A DNA stretch of 62,946 nt, filler included, from Octopus bimaculoides (taxonomy: Eukaryota), in NCBI RefSeq assembly GCF_001194135.2. It is 5 parts of 5 records of this genome, joined end to end, with 100 filler letters (N's around TTAATTAATTAA, not from the genome) between each part and the next. Parts side by side here need not be neighbours in the genome. Positions count along the whole stretch, not along the records: positions 1 to 9,998 come from NC_068987.1; positions 10,099 to 12,931 come from NW_026307523.1; 3 more parts are not named here. One strand, given 5' to 3'. The notes under the pieces are model-generated. The model did not search any database. It had not been told where the DNA came from and saw only the letters and a list, made by a program, of their open reading frames with translations. Below are positions 1-12,281 of the stretch, one piece after another (the stretch's first letter is position 1; each line of letters starts with the position of its first letter). A program made the translations under genes and the position numbers.

Positions 1-1124
1 ACTGGCCAAATACCTTGAAACAACCAACGATTGGATGCTGAAACTTGTTGAAAAACATGAAAGACCGAAAAAACTCGCTACCGAACTCTTAGATACCCAC
101 CAGCTTGATCAGGTTGAAGGAAATGCGCCAGCTGCTGCTGCAAAGAAAATAAAATTGATTGCAAAGACAAAAGCACATGAAAGATTAGCTAGCAGATGGG
201 AACATAAACCTCTGCATGGCAATTATGTGGCCCGTAGCAAACAAGCTGATGTCGACCAGAAACACACGCATCAATGGTTACGAAGCTCAGAGTGAAGGTT
301 TCAGATTGTGAAATCTTCACAAACGGAGAGTGAAGGTTTCATATTAGCTGTTCAATACCAAAGCTTATTAACCCGGAACTACCAAGCCAATGAGATAACA
401 AAATGGAGCTGACTAAAAATGCCGATTCTGTAACGATTAGATTGAAACTATAGATCACCTAACCTCACGGTGTAGAGTCTTAACACCTGTTAGAGTCGGC
501 CAGTATTTACACTGGACAATATGTCGGCATCATAAAATCTAAATCGCTGACAAATGGTATAAACACCATCCTAAAGCTGTGACTGAGTGACAAAATGTGT
601 CGATTCTCTGGGACTTCCTCGTATATACCAACAGAAATGTAAAAGCTAATAAACCGGATATTATTATAAAAGATATACAAAGATGTGTTTATGAATTGAT
701 ATGAGTATTCCTTGCGATCATAATATAGCGACGAAAGAATTTGACAAGATCAGTAAGTATAAAGACTTGCTAATAGAAATTTAAACAACGTGGCATCTCA
801 AGGCAGCTACCGTACCAGTGATTGTAGGATCTCTAGGAATGATAATAAAGGTACTGAAACCTATTTGAAAATGCTACCAGGCCTACGATCCCTACAGGAA
901 GTGCCAAAAATCGTGGAACGACTCATGTACTGAGAAGAGCATTATCGCTGTGAAAACAACATCCATTCATGAATTTATTTATTTATAATTTTTTTACATA
1001 CATATTTTACCTGTGTATTTCCGTGTGTAAACTAGGAATGTATACAATGAGCTTCTCTGCCCTAGGTGTACGCAAAACACTCGGCGAGAAATGGAAGAAA
1101 ATTTGAAGAAAGAAGAAAAAAAAC
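1..1124 (+). mobile_element. RLE-type non-LTR retrotransposon 3' portion (R4/Dong-like), decayed
   Basis: Frameshifted translation gives KPLHGNY...QWL...ESEGFILA, a CRFC...DHLTSRC zinc knuckle (~420-471), KPDIIIKD...IDMSIPCD...KISKYKDL (PD-(D/E)xK restriction-like endonuclease) and PVIVGSLG, with a stop at 951-953. The 3' UTR runs straight into an (AAT)n tract. The 5' end lies outside the window. Confidence 0.9.
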
Positions 1125-1182
<58 letters not shown>

Positions 1183-1206
1183 TAATAATAATAATAATAA
1201 TAATAA
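1125..1206 (+). repeat. (AAT)n microsatellite at the 3' end of the RLE element
   Basis: About 27 AAT units with one GAT interruption. Confidence 0.97.
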
Positions 1207-1457
1207 CTGAAGTAAAGTAACAGAATAATAGGAATTAACCTGAAGCTGCAATGGCTGACGCATTTGCTGAAATCAATAAAGAGAGAATACTTGAGGCAAA
1301 AATTGATATCCTGAGCATATTGACCACACTGTTGCCGGTTACTCAGTCATTGCCCCTACAGATTATCTCCCTTATACCGGAAAAAATCCCTGATTACCTT
1401 CCCCTATCTAGAACTCCATATTTTACACCATAGCGAAGATATGTTACGATACAGGTA

Positions 1458-1496
1458 GAGAAATTTGAAAAGAAAATACGAAACCGGTTATTTCTC
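1458..1496 (+). ncRNA. Degenerate minimal hammerhead ribozyme-like motif
   Basis: 7-bp stem I GAGAAAT/ATTTCTC, core TTGAAAA (2 mismatches to CUGANGA), GAAA, palindromic ACCGGT stem III and GUU cleavage triplet. Stem II is collapsed. Confidence 0.35.
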
Positions 1497-2615
1497 CAAA
1501 AACAATATTTCTATACTCAAAATTTTATAACATTTTTTTAACATAACGATTTCAATATATACTCTAGCCATATAACACAAGCCTTCTGTAGTTTTTTCAC
1601 TTCGTTTTATCTTGTATATATATATATACACACATATANNNNNNNNNNNNNNNNNNNNNNNNNNNNNNNNNNNNNNNNNNNNNNNNNNNNNNNNNNNNNN
1701 NNNNNNNNNNNNNNNNNNNNNNNNNNNNNNNNNNNNNNNNNNNNNNNNNNNNNNNNNNNNNNNNNNNNNNNNNNNNNNNNNNNNNNNNNNNNNNNNNNNN
1801 NNNNNNNNNNNNNNNNNNNNNNNNNNNNNNNNNNNNNNNNNNNNNNNNNNNNNNNNNNNNNNNNNNNNNNNNNNNNNNNNNNNNNNNNNNNNNNNNNNNN
1901 NNNNNNNNNNNNNNNNNNNNNNNNNNNNNNNNNNNNNNNNNNNNNNNNNNNNNNNNNNNNNNNNNNNNNNNNNNNNNNNNNNNNNNNNNNNNNNNNNNNN
2001 NNNNNNNNNNNNNNNNNNNNNNNNNNNNNNNNNNNNNNNNNNNNNNNNNNNNNNNNNNNNNNNNNNNNNNNNNNNNNNNNNNNNNNNNNNNNNNNNNNNN
2101 NNNNNNNNNNNNNNNNNNNNNNNNNNNNNNNNNNNNNNNNNNNNNNNNNNNNNNNNNNNNNNNNNNNNNNNNNNNNNNNNNNNNNNNNNNNNNNNNNNNN
2201 NNNNNNNNNNNNNNNNNNNNNNNNNNNNNNNNNNNNNNNNNNNNNNNNNNNNNNNNNNNNNNNNNNNNNNNNNNNNNNNNNNNNNNNNNNNNNNNNNNNN
2301 NNNNNNNNNNNNNNNNNNNNNNNNNNNNNNNNNNNNNNNNNNNNNNNNNNNNNNNNNNNNNNNNNNNNNNNNNNNNNNNNNNNNNNNNNNNNNNNNNNNN
2401 NNNNNNNNNNNNNNNNNNNNNNNNNNNNNNNNNNNNNNNNNNNNNNNNNNNNNNNNNNNNNNNNNNNNNNNNNNNNNNNNNNNNNNNNNNNNNNNGTTTA
2501 TGCGCGTCTCTTGTTTTGATTGGTTTATTTCTTTCGACATTTGTATTACAATTTTTTTTATTGCTCTCTTATTTGTTTTCACTTTTTCTTCCTCCTCCAC
2601 CTCCTCCTTGTTCTT

Positions 2616-2695
2616 CTCCTACTCTTTCTTCTTCTTCTTCTTCTTCTTCTTCTTCTTCTTCTTCTTCTTCTGCTGCTGCTGCTGCTGCTGCTGTT
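2616..2695 (+). repeat. Compound (CTT)n-(GCT)n microsatellite
   Basis: Read directly. Confidence 0.95.
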
Positions 2696-3449
2696 GCCGG
2701 CGCTTCTTCTATTCAAATATTGATTATCTTACTCCAAATTTGTTATTCTTAAGTTTATATTCATATTCTCTCTTCCATCCCTTATCAACTCTTCTTTCTT
2801 TATTTCTTTCTTTCGATCTCTCTCTCTCTCCCTCTCCTACTGTCCCTTTCTGCACCTATATATACATATACGTATGCATATGTGTGGTATGCATATGTGT
2901 GGTATGCATAGATATAAGTATGTGTGCGTATATATATATATATATATATATATGCCTGTATACATAGATATGTGTATGTGTGTGTGTATGTTTGTATGCA
3001 TAAAGATTTGTATGTGTTTCTGTGTATGTATATTCACCAAACATGTCTCCTTCTTTTTAGCTCGATCTCTACCTCTCTCTCTATGGCTGTCTCTCTCCCC
3101 TTCTCTCTCTCTCTCTTTCTATTTCTCTTACTCCACACTTTGTATCTAGAATTATGTCACTATGTTACAACTTTCACTTAGTTTCACTCCTACCCATTCC
3201 AAATATCCAACGTTCTCACATTCTTTCCTATTATATAATTCCAACCATCCACAAAAAATAAATACGTACACACACGCATATACACTCATGCAAGTGCACA
3301 CATATACACATAAACACATACATACATACATACATACATACATACATACATACATACATACATACATACTAGAAAGAAAGTATGAACAAACAAAACATGG
3401 TATCACTTTAGAGTATGTAATTTATTATACAAACATAATCACACGGTTG

Positions 3450-3768
3450 TTAGAGTAAATAAGCGATTAAGAAAGACTGCACAAAGTCTCTTACAGCTGT
3501 TTCTAGAATAGCTGTTTATGTGATGCACAGATCATTAAACAAAGATTTCTATTTTTGCAAAGGATATTCCTTAATTCTTCGACAATGTAACTGGTAACTA
3601 CTAATACCCATTATTAAGTGTATTCCTTAATTCTTCCTCTCTCATAACGAAATAGTTGGTTTATATGGAAATTCTTTGCTCGATGATCTATGCACCATAT
3701 GCACAGCTATTCTAGAAATAACTGTTAGAGACTCTATGCATTATTTCTTAATATCTTGTTTACATTAA
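3450..3768. mobile_element. MITE-like fold-back element with ~100-bp imperfect terminal inverted repeats
   Basis: The left arm 3450-3549 (...aaagtctcttacagctgtttctagaatagctgt...gatcattaaacaaagatttc) is the reverse complement, with substitutions, of 3668-3767 (gaaattctttgctcgatgatc...acagctattctagaaataactgttagagactc...). No ORF inside. Confidence 0.8.
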
Positions 3769-3806
3769 TAATGCAATTATGTTCTGATTATTCATCATTT
3801 CTTTCT

Positions 3807-3847
<41 letters not shown>

Positions 3848-3849
<2 letters not shown>

Positions 3850-3947
3850 GAGAATTTACGAAAAAAACAACAACAGACGAGGACAGGTGGTGTAAACAAC
3901 AAAAGGATGTATTAGTTTAACGTTCGAGAATAGAGAAAGTCTTTAAC
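3848..3947 (-). mobile_element. 5'-truncated copy of the hammerhead-bearing short repeat (same family as 61887-62081), between two (TA)n tracts
   Basis: The reverse complement gttaaagactttctctattctcgaacgttaaactaatacatcc...tttacaccacctgtcctcgtctgttg...ttctccc aligns with 61984-62081. Confidence 0.85.
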
Positions 3948-4539
3948 ATATATATATATATCTACCCACTCAATGATGAACCACTTATAGCCAGTCTTTG
4001 CTAGAGACCACAACACCACTTTTGTTTTAGTTGCAGCTCAAGTCGATTATTTAGAAGTAAATCAACCTGAGTGCTTCTCATGCGTGCTTATTACCTTATG
4101 TCATTGGATGAATTTTTTTATATGCACATGCATACATGCATTTACAAGTATGCAAATACTATCTAATGCAACTGATACATCAACGACCCGACGTGGGAAT
4201 CTCTATGCTATCAATCATCCAGCAAGAAAGAACAGGCAAACTCTTTCAAACATACTCTAATATCTTGACAAAAAGATATCAAGGTCATACCTAGAAGGAT
4301 TTTGATTATGGGTCTACTCAGTAAGAACAGACCTGAGGTTAATCACAAAGCAACTAACCAATAAGTGTCTCTTCATATGGTCCCTCAGTTCAATTTAGCG
4401 TCATATAAAAGGAGAGAGACGTCAGGATATGTAGTCCCTGGTGTACTTTATCAAAGACAAAAATAATGGATGTTCACTGTTGCAATGGCTATATTCATAG
4501 CTCTCCTTAGTCAAGAATGACCATGGAATAAACAACACC

Positions 4540-4790
4540 TGCTATATCGACCCTAAATCAAAGTACAGATCTATGCGTGGCCATTCGATCTACTAGAAAT
4601 AAAAGCCAAATTATGCTCAAACAAGGCTCTCTCCTGTTTTTAAAAAGTGACAAAAGTATACATTGGATATTGTAGTCGAAGACAACCTCCAAAATATTAG
4701 GATGGTTATGGTTAGAGAGCCTCTTTCCATAGGTCTGCCTGTTCAGAGCTACCCAAGGACTAAACAACAAACAACAACATTAACAACAAC
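4540..4790 (+). mobile_element. Unclassified interspersed repeat (family E, AAC-rich tail)
   Basis: Shares ggatggt(t/c)atgg...cataggtctgc...ctaaacaacaa with copies at ~13600-13830 (+), ~24570-24660 (-) and ~60780-60960 (-). Confidence 0.55.
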
Positions 4791-4849
4791 ACTAATAATG
4801 ACAATGATAATCCTTTCTATCATAAGCACAAGGCCTGAAATTTTGGTGG

Positions 4850-5025
4850 AGGGGGATGAGTCGATTACATCTACCACAGTGTTCGACTGGTACATATTTT
4901 ATCGACCCCGAAAGATGAAAGGCAAACGGTGACCTCAGCGGCATTTGAACTCAGACGTGAAGTCGAAAGAAATGCCGCTAAGCATATTGTCCGGCTCGGT
5001 AACGATTTCACAAAGTTACCGCCTT
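4850..5025 (-). mobile_element. tRNA-derived SINE, family B
   Basis: Matches the B consensus (aaggcggcgagctggc...gagttcaaat...ctttcatcctttcggggtcgataa...gtaccag) found in about 10 other copies in the window. Confidence 0.85.
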
Positions 5026-5028
5026 TCC

Positions 5029-5422
5029 CACCACATGGCTATGGGTTCACTTCCACTGGGTGGTACCTTGGGCAAATGTCTTCTACTATAGTGTCGGGTC
5101 GACCAAAGCACTGTAGGTAAATTTGGTAGACGGAAACTGAAAGAAACCCGTCGTATATATGTATATGTGTGTATGTGAGCGTGTGTGTGTGTGTTTGTGT
5201 GTGTGCGCGCGCATGTGTATGGATCGTGTTTGTCCTCCACCACCGCAAAGCCGCCTGTGTTGTTGTGTTTACGTCCCCATTAACTAGCGGTCCAAAGGAA
5301 ACGTCCGACAGAGTAAGAACCAAGCTTAAAACTATAAAGACTGGGGTCGATTCGCTTGACTAAAATTCTTCAAGGCGGTGCCCCAGCATGGCCTTAGTCT
5401 AATAACTGAAATAAGCAAAAGG
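5029..5422 (+). mobile_element. tRNA-derived SINE, family A (CORE-like), 5' clipped
   Basis: B-box-like ggttcacttcc, ccttgggcaaatgtcttctactatag, internal TG/TA tract, and tail ggcggtgccccagcatggc...actgaaa. Confidence 0.85.
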
Positions 5423-6143
5423 TAATGGATAAAAATACAATACTACCACCAACACACCAATGCCAACACCATTATTGCTACCATCACCATATCGCCATTA
5501 AGTAACGCCACTAATTTTAATATTACCACTACAACCACTACAACCACCCGAACTACAATCACCGCCTTTTTCCATCAACACTTATTCTCAAACACGCACA
5601 CATACACCCATACATATACACACGCTACCTTCGCCACCATTACCACCACGATGTCAACCACACGCACTTTTATTACGAGCCAACATCAGCCGAACGCACA
5701 TACACTTGAACGCACGTACACACACACATACGCACACGTGCACACACATACACGCGCACACACACACACAGACATTGCCACCACAACCACTGATAGCATC
5801 AACAGTGCCAGCATCGGTACTACTATCACCGCTACTACCACTACCACCACCAACGCTTTGTTCCTTGCCTCCTACCATGTCGCCACTCCTCCTCCTCCTC
5901 CTACTTCCCTCTTCTCTGTTCCTCTCTAGTTAATGCCTTCAGTGGCCTCATTAGCCAATCATTCACAGGTCTATTAACAGCAACTATAAATCGCATGCAA
6001 TGCATGCAGGTGCTAGTCGTGTACCGCTGCATGTGGAGCTGCACATTGCATGCAGTATATGTAATAAAGATGCGCATAGGTATTGCATGGGTGATGTGTG
6101 TGTGTGCGTGTGTGCGTGCATGTATGTGTCTCAGTATGTCTGT

Positions 6144-6179
<36 letters not shown>

Positions 6180-8001
6180 GTGCGTGTGTGTGAGAGACTG
6201 TAAGTGCATGTGTGTTAAATAATGTACAAACTTTTATGGAATGATTCTGTGGATACGTGTTCGTATATGTGCTTATGTATATATGTNNNNNNNNNNNNNN
6301 NNNNNNNNNNNNNNNNNNNNNNNNNNNNNNNNNNNNNNNNNNNNNNNNNNNNNNNNNNNNNNNNNNNNNNNNNNNNNNNNNNNNNNNNNNNNNNNNNNNN
6401 NNNNNNNNNNNNNNNNNNNNNNNNNNNNNNNNNNNNNNNNNNNNNNNNNNNNNNNNNNNNNNNNNNNNNNNNNNNNNNNNNNNNNNNNNNNNNNNNNNNN
6501 NNNNNNNNNNNNNNNNNNNNNNNNNNNNNNNNNNNNNNNNNNNNNNNNNNNNNNNNNNNNNNNNNNNNNNNNNNNNNNNNNNNNNNNNNNNNNNNNNNNN
6601 NNNNNNNNNNNNNNNNNNNNNNNNNNNNNNNNNNNNNNNNNNNNNNNNNNNNNNNNNNNNNNNNNNNNNNNNNNNNNNNNNNNNNNNNNNNNNNNNNNNN
6701 NNNNNNNNNNNNNNNNNNNNNNNNNNNNNNNNNNNNNNNNNNNNNNNNNNNNNNNNNNNNNNNNNNNNNNNNNNNNNNNNNNNNNNNNNNNNNNNNNNNN
6801 NNNNNNNNNNNNNNNNNNNNNNNNNNNNNNNNNNNNNNNNNNNNNNNNNNNNNNNNNNNNNNNNNNNNNNNNNNNNNNNNNNNNNNNNNNNNNNNNNNNN
6901 NNNNNNNNNNNNNNNNNNNNNNNNNNNNNNNNNNNNNNNNNNNNNNNNNNNNNNNNNNNNNNNNNNNNNNNNNNNNNNNNNNNNNNNNNNNNNNNNNNNN
7001 NNNNNNNNNNNNNNNNNNNNNNNGGGCAGGGGAGTGATGGGCAGGGGAGTGAGGGGGGATGGTGTGAGGGGAGATAGGGAGGAAAAATGGATGAATGGAT
7101 GGATGAGTGAATCTGCATATTCAAATATATGCACACAGATAATTATCTGCATATACAAGAATAGATTTCATTGCATGCATCGGTCTTTTTTCAGGGTCTT
7201 TTGGTTTTTTTTTTACTTCTCGGTGTATACATACCTAAGATCATATCATCATATCGTTGCGTAAAGTCGGAATATTGTGATTTTAGATTGAATTGTTACT
7301 TCCGCATTTGTGATGACTTTTGGTAAATGTAAAGGTGAATTTAATATACGTATTGATTAATTGCAATGTGTGCATTTTGGGAACATCCTTTGAAACTTTC
7401 CTATTTCATTTCACTTTGCCATGACTATGAAATCGTTTTCCTTTTAGTTTATTTTGTTTTATGATACTTGTCAACATTTTTTAGAGCGTTAAATAACCGT
7501 TGTTTAGTTGTATACAAAAATCTTTAATGTGGCATTCTCAGTAGGCAGTTAATATCAATGCAGGCATGTACCATAAAATGTTCCTCACCACTGTTTTAAG
7601 CGATGATAACAACAGTATTGTGATATGATGATTTCATACTTATTTATTTCTACACTTTTTTATTTGATTTGCAAGATTTAATTATGTGAACTTCTGTGTT
7701 GAAACAGATTTTTTTGTATCTCAAGAAGATCTTTGTGCCAACAGCCAGTGTGTGGTATTATTATTCGTATTATGACCCTCTCGAGATACCACAAAAATGT
7801 TGTTTTAGCTTAATATTGATATGACATTAAATGACAATGATGCTGATGTCACGAGACATGATTTTATATCAATTTGTTAGATTTACATCATTAGAAATAT
7901 CATTATTCAGAAATAAATTTATATAATATGTAGATTAATAATCGCTATATGTGCTGCATTCATATTAATTTTTTTTTATTCCATTTCAGATCAGATCTCA
8001 C

Positions 8002-8040
8002 CAAGTAATTTTAAGACTCCCAGCATGCAAACTGATTTAT
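8002..8040 (-). CDS. Candidate 39-nt internal exon, (D)KSVCMLGVLKLL
   Basis: Acceptor ataattttctttag| and donor CTTG|gtgaga. Only one open frame (phase 1-1). The peptide resembles KQGYMLGVYKL at 14117-14085. Confidence 0.35.
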
Positions 8041-8376
8041 CTAAAGAAAATTATATAAATGCTTAATTTCATGATATTCAAAGACAAACTGTTCTCTGCA
8101 CTGAGGAAATAATTTTCATCTCCACTATACAATATCGACGCCATTTTAATGCTGTTCTGAATACATATTCTTGATAGTTTCAATACTATAATAGTAACAT
8201 TAGATTTAGCAAAATTAACTATGGTACATTTAATCCACTTTGTACTAATTGAACTGGAGAAAAACTTATAATTGTGATTTAAATTACGAGAAAAAATTCT
8301 TAGGTTAATAAGTAATATGCATAATGATGACTCCACAATGCACACTGCCATGGTTCCAAGTACGAGATTTGCTCAC

Positions 8377-8438
8377 CTGTTATACATCTTACGTTTATTC
8401 AGATTATCTCTACTTATTACTCTTATATCTGTCTGAGA
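8377..8438 (-). CDS. Candidate exon, SQTDIRVISRDNLNKRKMYN
   Basis: Strong donor CAG|gtgagc, weak AT-rich acceptor, single open frame. Linkage to the other exons is not established. Confidence 0.22.
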
Positions 8439-8445
8439 CTAGGTT

Positions 8446-8481
<36 letters not shown>

Positions 8482-8690
8482 NNNNNNNNNNNNNNNNNNN
8501 NNNNNNNNNNNNNNNNNNNNNNNNNNNNNNNNNNNNNNNNNNNNNNNNNNNNNNNNNNNNNNNNNNNNNNNNNNNNNNNNNNNNNNNNNNNNNNNNNNNN
8601 NNNNNNNNNNNNNNNNNNNNNNNNNNNNNNNNNNNNNNNNNNNNNNNNNNNNNNNNNNNNNNNNNNNNNNNNNNNNNNNNNNNNNNNNNN

Positions 8691-8744
<54 letters not shown>

Positions 8745-9514
8745 TTCACCTTGCTATAAATCATTTGGGAGAACTGCTTAATTTTGTAAACATGTGATAC
8801 ATATATACAAACGTACGAACATACATACATGTGCATATACGTATATACATACGCACATACACTTACGGAAACATGCATACGGGCATACATGCATGCGTAA
8901 AAACATACATACAAACACACATGTATATAAATATATATGCATATGTATATATATGACTATGTGTATGTATGTATGTATGTATGTATGTATGTATGATTGT
9001 ATGTATGTATGTATGTATGTGTGTATGTATTTTTGAGAGAGAAAGAAAGGAAGGGAGAGAGGCAGAAAGAGAGAGAGAGAGACGGGAAGACAAGCTTACG
9101 CACAGAAAGACAGGCAGTTCAGACTGTTCACAGTTAGACAGTAAAGAAAGCTGTCGACTTAATCACAGATGGAGAAACGGTTGGAAATGAAAGACAGTTA
9201 ACTATAAAGAAAATGAAACATGAGAGTTTAAAGAACGCAAATGCATGAGAAAGTATTGGTGTATTGGCATACATGCACATACTGAAGCATACGAAATTGT
9301 ATTAGTATGCATACACGTTAGTATACACAACTTAAGAACAAAAAGGAAAAATGATAATCAATAATAAAATAATTTCTTCCGTTTCATTCCATTCCAACGA
9401 GTATAGATTTTTCAGAAATTATATTCTCTTCAACAGTTCCAGACCGACAACAGCTGAGAGCATTAGTACAGTATTATTTACGAACATGAGTGTCTTCTGT
9501 ATGCATGCGCATGT

Positions 9515-9552
<38 letters not shown>

Positions 9553-9607
9553 GCGCGCGCGCGCGCCTATTTCTGTTTGTTTGAAGTGTGCATGCATATA
9601 TATCGAT

Positions 9608-9615
9608 AGATAGAC

Positions 9616-9685
<70 letters not shown>

Positions 9686-9704
9686 GTGGATAGGTGGATA
9701 GATG

Positions 9705-9735
<31 letters not shown>
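9608..9735 (+). repeat. (GATA)n microsatellite with GGTA/GATG variants
   Basis: Read directly. Confidence 0.95.
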
Positions 9736-9967
9736 GGATGTATGGATGGATGGATGGACGGATGGATAGGCATAATTTATGCGTAATATATGCGTGCATT
9801 TATTGTAGTATATTTGGGAAATCCTTAAGCAAATATCCAAGCATTTCAGCGGATAAATGTCCATGCTAGCACACCAGCTGATGGGAAAAAAGCAAGTTCT
9901 GTGCTGCACTCTAAGATATTACATATATATATACAAATGTGTGTGTGTAGGTATCTATGTATATGTG

Positions 9968-9998
<31 letters not shown>

Positions 9999-10098
9999 NN
10001 NNNNNNNNNNNNNNNNNNNNNNNNNNNNNNNNNNNNNNNNNNTTAATTAATTAANNNNNNNNNNNNNNNNNNNNNNNNNNNNNNNNNNNNNNNNNNNN
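9999..10098. other. Assembly spacer: 44 N + TTAATTAATTAA + 44 N
   Basis: The same 100-bp construct recurs at 12932-13031, 27718-27817 and 55687-55786. The 12-mer has stops in all six frames. Confidence 0.95.
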
Positions 10099-11269
10099 CA
10101 CACATATATAGACACATAAAAGAGAACAATTCAGACTTTTTGAGTGGTCTAAACAGAGAGAAATGATTTCTAATAAAGGTTCATCATATTCATATAAAAC
10201 AGCCAGTGCAAGTAATAAGAATAAGAAAATAGTAGCTGAAAAATATTGTTATAGATATTAAAATTCCATAAACAATTATTGAAAAATAGAGGAGAAAAAT
10301 ATGTTGAAACAAAATTACATTTAATAGAAAATATGATTCAATACATATGCATATATCAAAGGACAATACAAATATGTAAGAAAAAAATTATAACCATATT
10401 AATTATAATTAAATTTATGCATTGTCATTTTCATCAGTGTGAAGAATTTTTGTAAGGACATCAAAAAAGGTTTAATAAAATAAAGCAAATTAAAACAAGA
10501 TACAATAAGGGAGAATACAAGTGCGGTAATATGGAACAAAAATAGGATATTTGCAAGCAAGTTTTAAAAGGGGGGAAAAAAACAGTAATAATAAATAATA
10601 AAAGACGAAAAGGAGAAAAAAAAGACGATGAATGTGTATGCACGTTTATATGTACGGTAAACTATAACATGAAAATAAGAATGAAAACTAACGGGTATGT
10701 TTTAAAAAATGGTAACAGGTCAAGACAAAGTATAATAAACAGGGCCACGTGTGTATAGTAGAATATAATGTAACAGGTGAACTAGCAGAATAAGAACGAA
10801 AGAAAATCATACATATACCTATTAATATTGAAAAACGAAAACATATATGTATATACATTTTACACGAGGCTAAAAGGTGAGAGGCAAGACTATGTTTGAA
10901 AAAAGTTACAATATTAAAGTAAAAGCGTACATACATGCAAAGAGAAAACCAAGGAGAACTTAACAAGGAAAAAAAACATTGATCAGACAAGACTGGCCGG
11001 TGTAATTCAAGATAAGTTACCTTACTCAAAAACTAGCCTGAGGTAGGGGAGACAATCTGAAAAAAGTTGGAACAAAAAAACGAATATATGAAGGGAAAAA
11101 ATACTATATAATTACAAGTGACAGAAAAAACGTATACACTTAACACATAAGGATGTGCAGTCATAAACATATACACACATACACAACACAAACATATATA
11201 CACAAAAGAAACGTACATACACTCACACACACACATACAGAGAATACACACATATACATAACCTAAGAG

Positions 11270-12208
11270 TGTAATAAGAGCTAATAAGAAAAAGGCAAAG
11301 AGGTAATCAAGAAATTTGGACATATGTTTACAAGAAAAAACTCTTTCATCTCTCGAATTTAAGATAGAACTCTTCATTATCATAATTATATTAGACTCTT
11401 CAAGGCATAAAAAGCATGTTCTATTTCTAATCCTATGAGAGGGGGTAGAAGAAACAATATTCCAAGAAATTGAGAAATTTATGTTGTCTCTTTTAAGTTG
11501 CCATACTTTTGGGATAAACTAGTACTACTTTCTTTCTGAGGGTCATTAAAAAATTATCTATGATTATTCAAACATAATTTAAGAGGGATCTGCATGCAAC
11601 CTATATAATGAAACCTAGAGAGATCATGTATTGTGATAGTAGCTTTATATACATTTTTCATTTTACAATTACCTTTAACCTCACAGGTGTTAGGGTTTCT
11701 ACAGTTACAATTGTTACTAATATTAGGTGAACTATTGTTATGTGTATATGTATTGATAGAGGAAGAGTTTGTGTGAGTATGGGAATCATTGGTAGAAGAT
11801 ACAGAGCTGTTTGAATAATTGGGGTTAGTGTAAGTATTAGAGGGGGTTAAATTCTTGTAGAAAAGATTTAGGTTTCTATTGTTAAAGGATGAAATAATCC
11901 TAAATAAGTTAGGAGAAACAGAAAAGCCAAATCTGATCATTCTGTTACTGAATATCCCAGCATACCTAGATTTACTAAAATTTGATTTAATAATAGAAGG
12001 AATAGACTTTATAAAATTAGACTTCAAATGTTTAGCAAAAGGAAATATAATCCAAATTATGTTATTATTGTGTTTCTTATTGGTATGGTGGTTTCTATTA
12101 GATGGGTCACCCATTCAGAAGAAAGGTACAGGTTTCTTTTTACCTCTTGTATTAACACCATCACTAACAATGCTATTCTTATTATTATTGTTATTAATAT
12201 TCTTAATA

Positions 12209-12244
<36 letters not shown>

Positions 12245-12246
12245 CC

Positions 12247-12281
<35 letters not shown>

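Noticed and set aside
7690-7808. Minus-strand frame AKTTFLWYLERV...GCWHKDLLEIQ as an exon following 8040-8002
   Set aside because: Phase-compatible and faintly similar to exon 3, but the acceptor is weak and the similarity is not beyond chance.
10975-11045. Hammerhead in the putative pLTR downstream of the minus-strand PLE
   Set aside because: Requires two core substitutions, a GAA deletion and a displaced stem I; too degenerate to call.
12115-12117. In-frame TGA in the PLE as selenocysteine
   Set aside because: It lies in a low-complexity linker of a copy with several frameshifts, and no SECIS was recognised.
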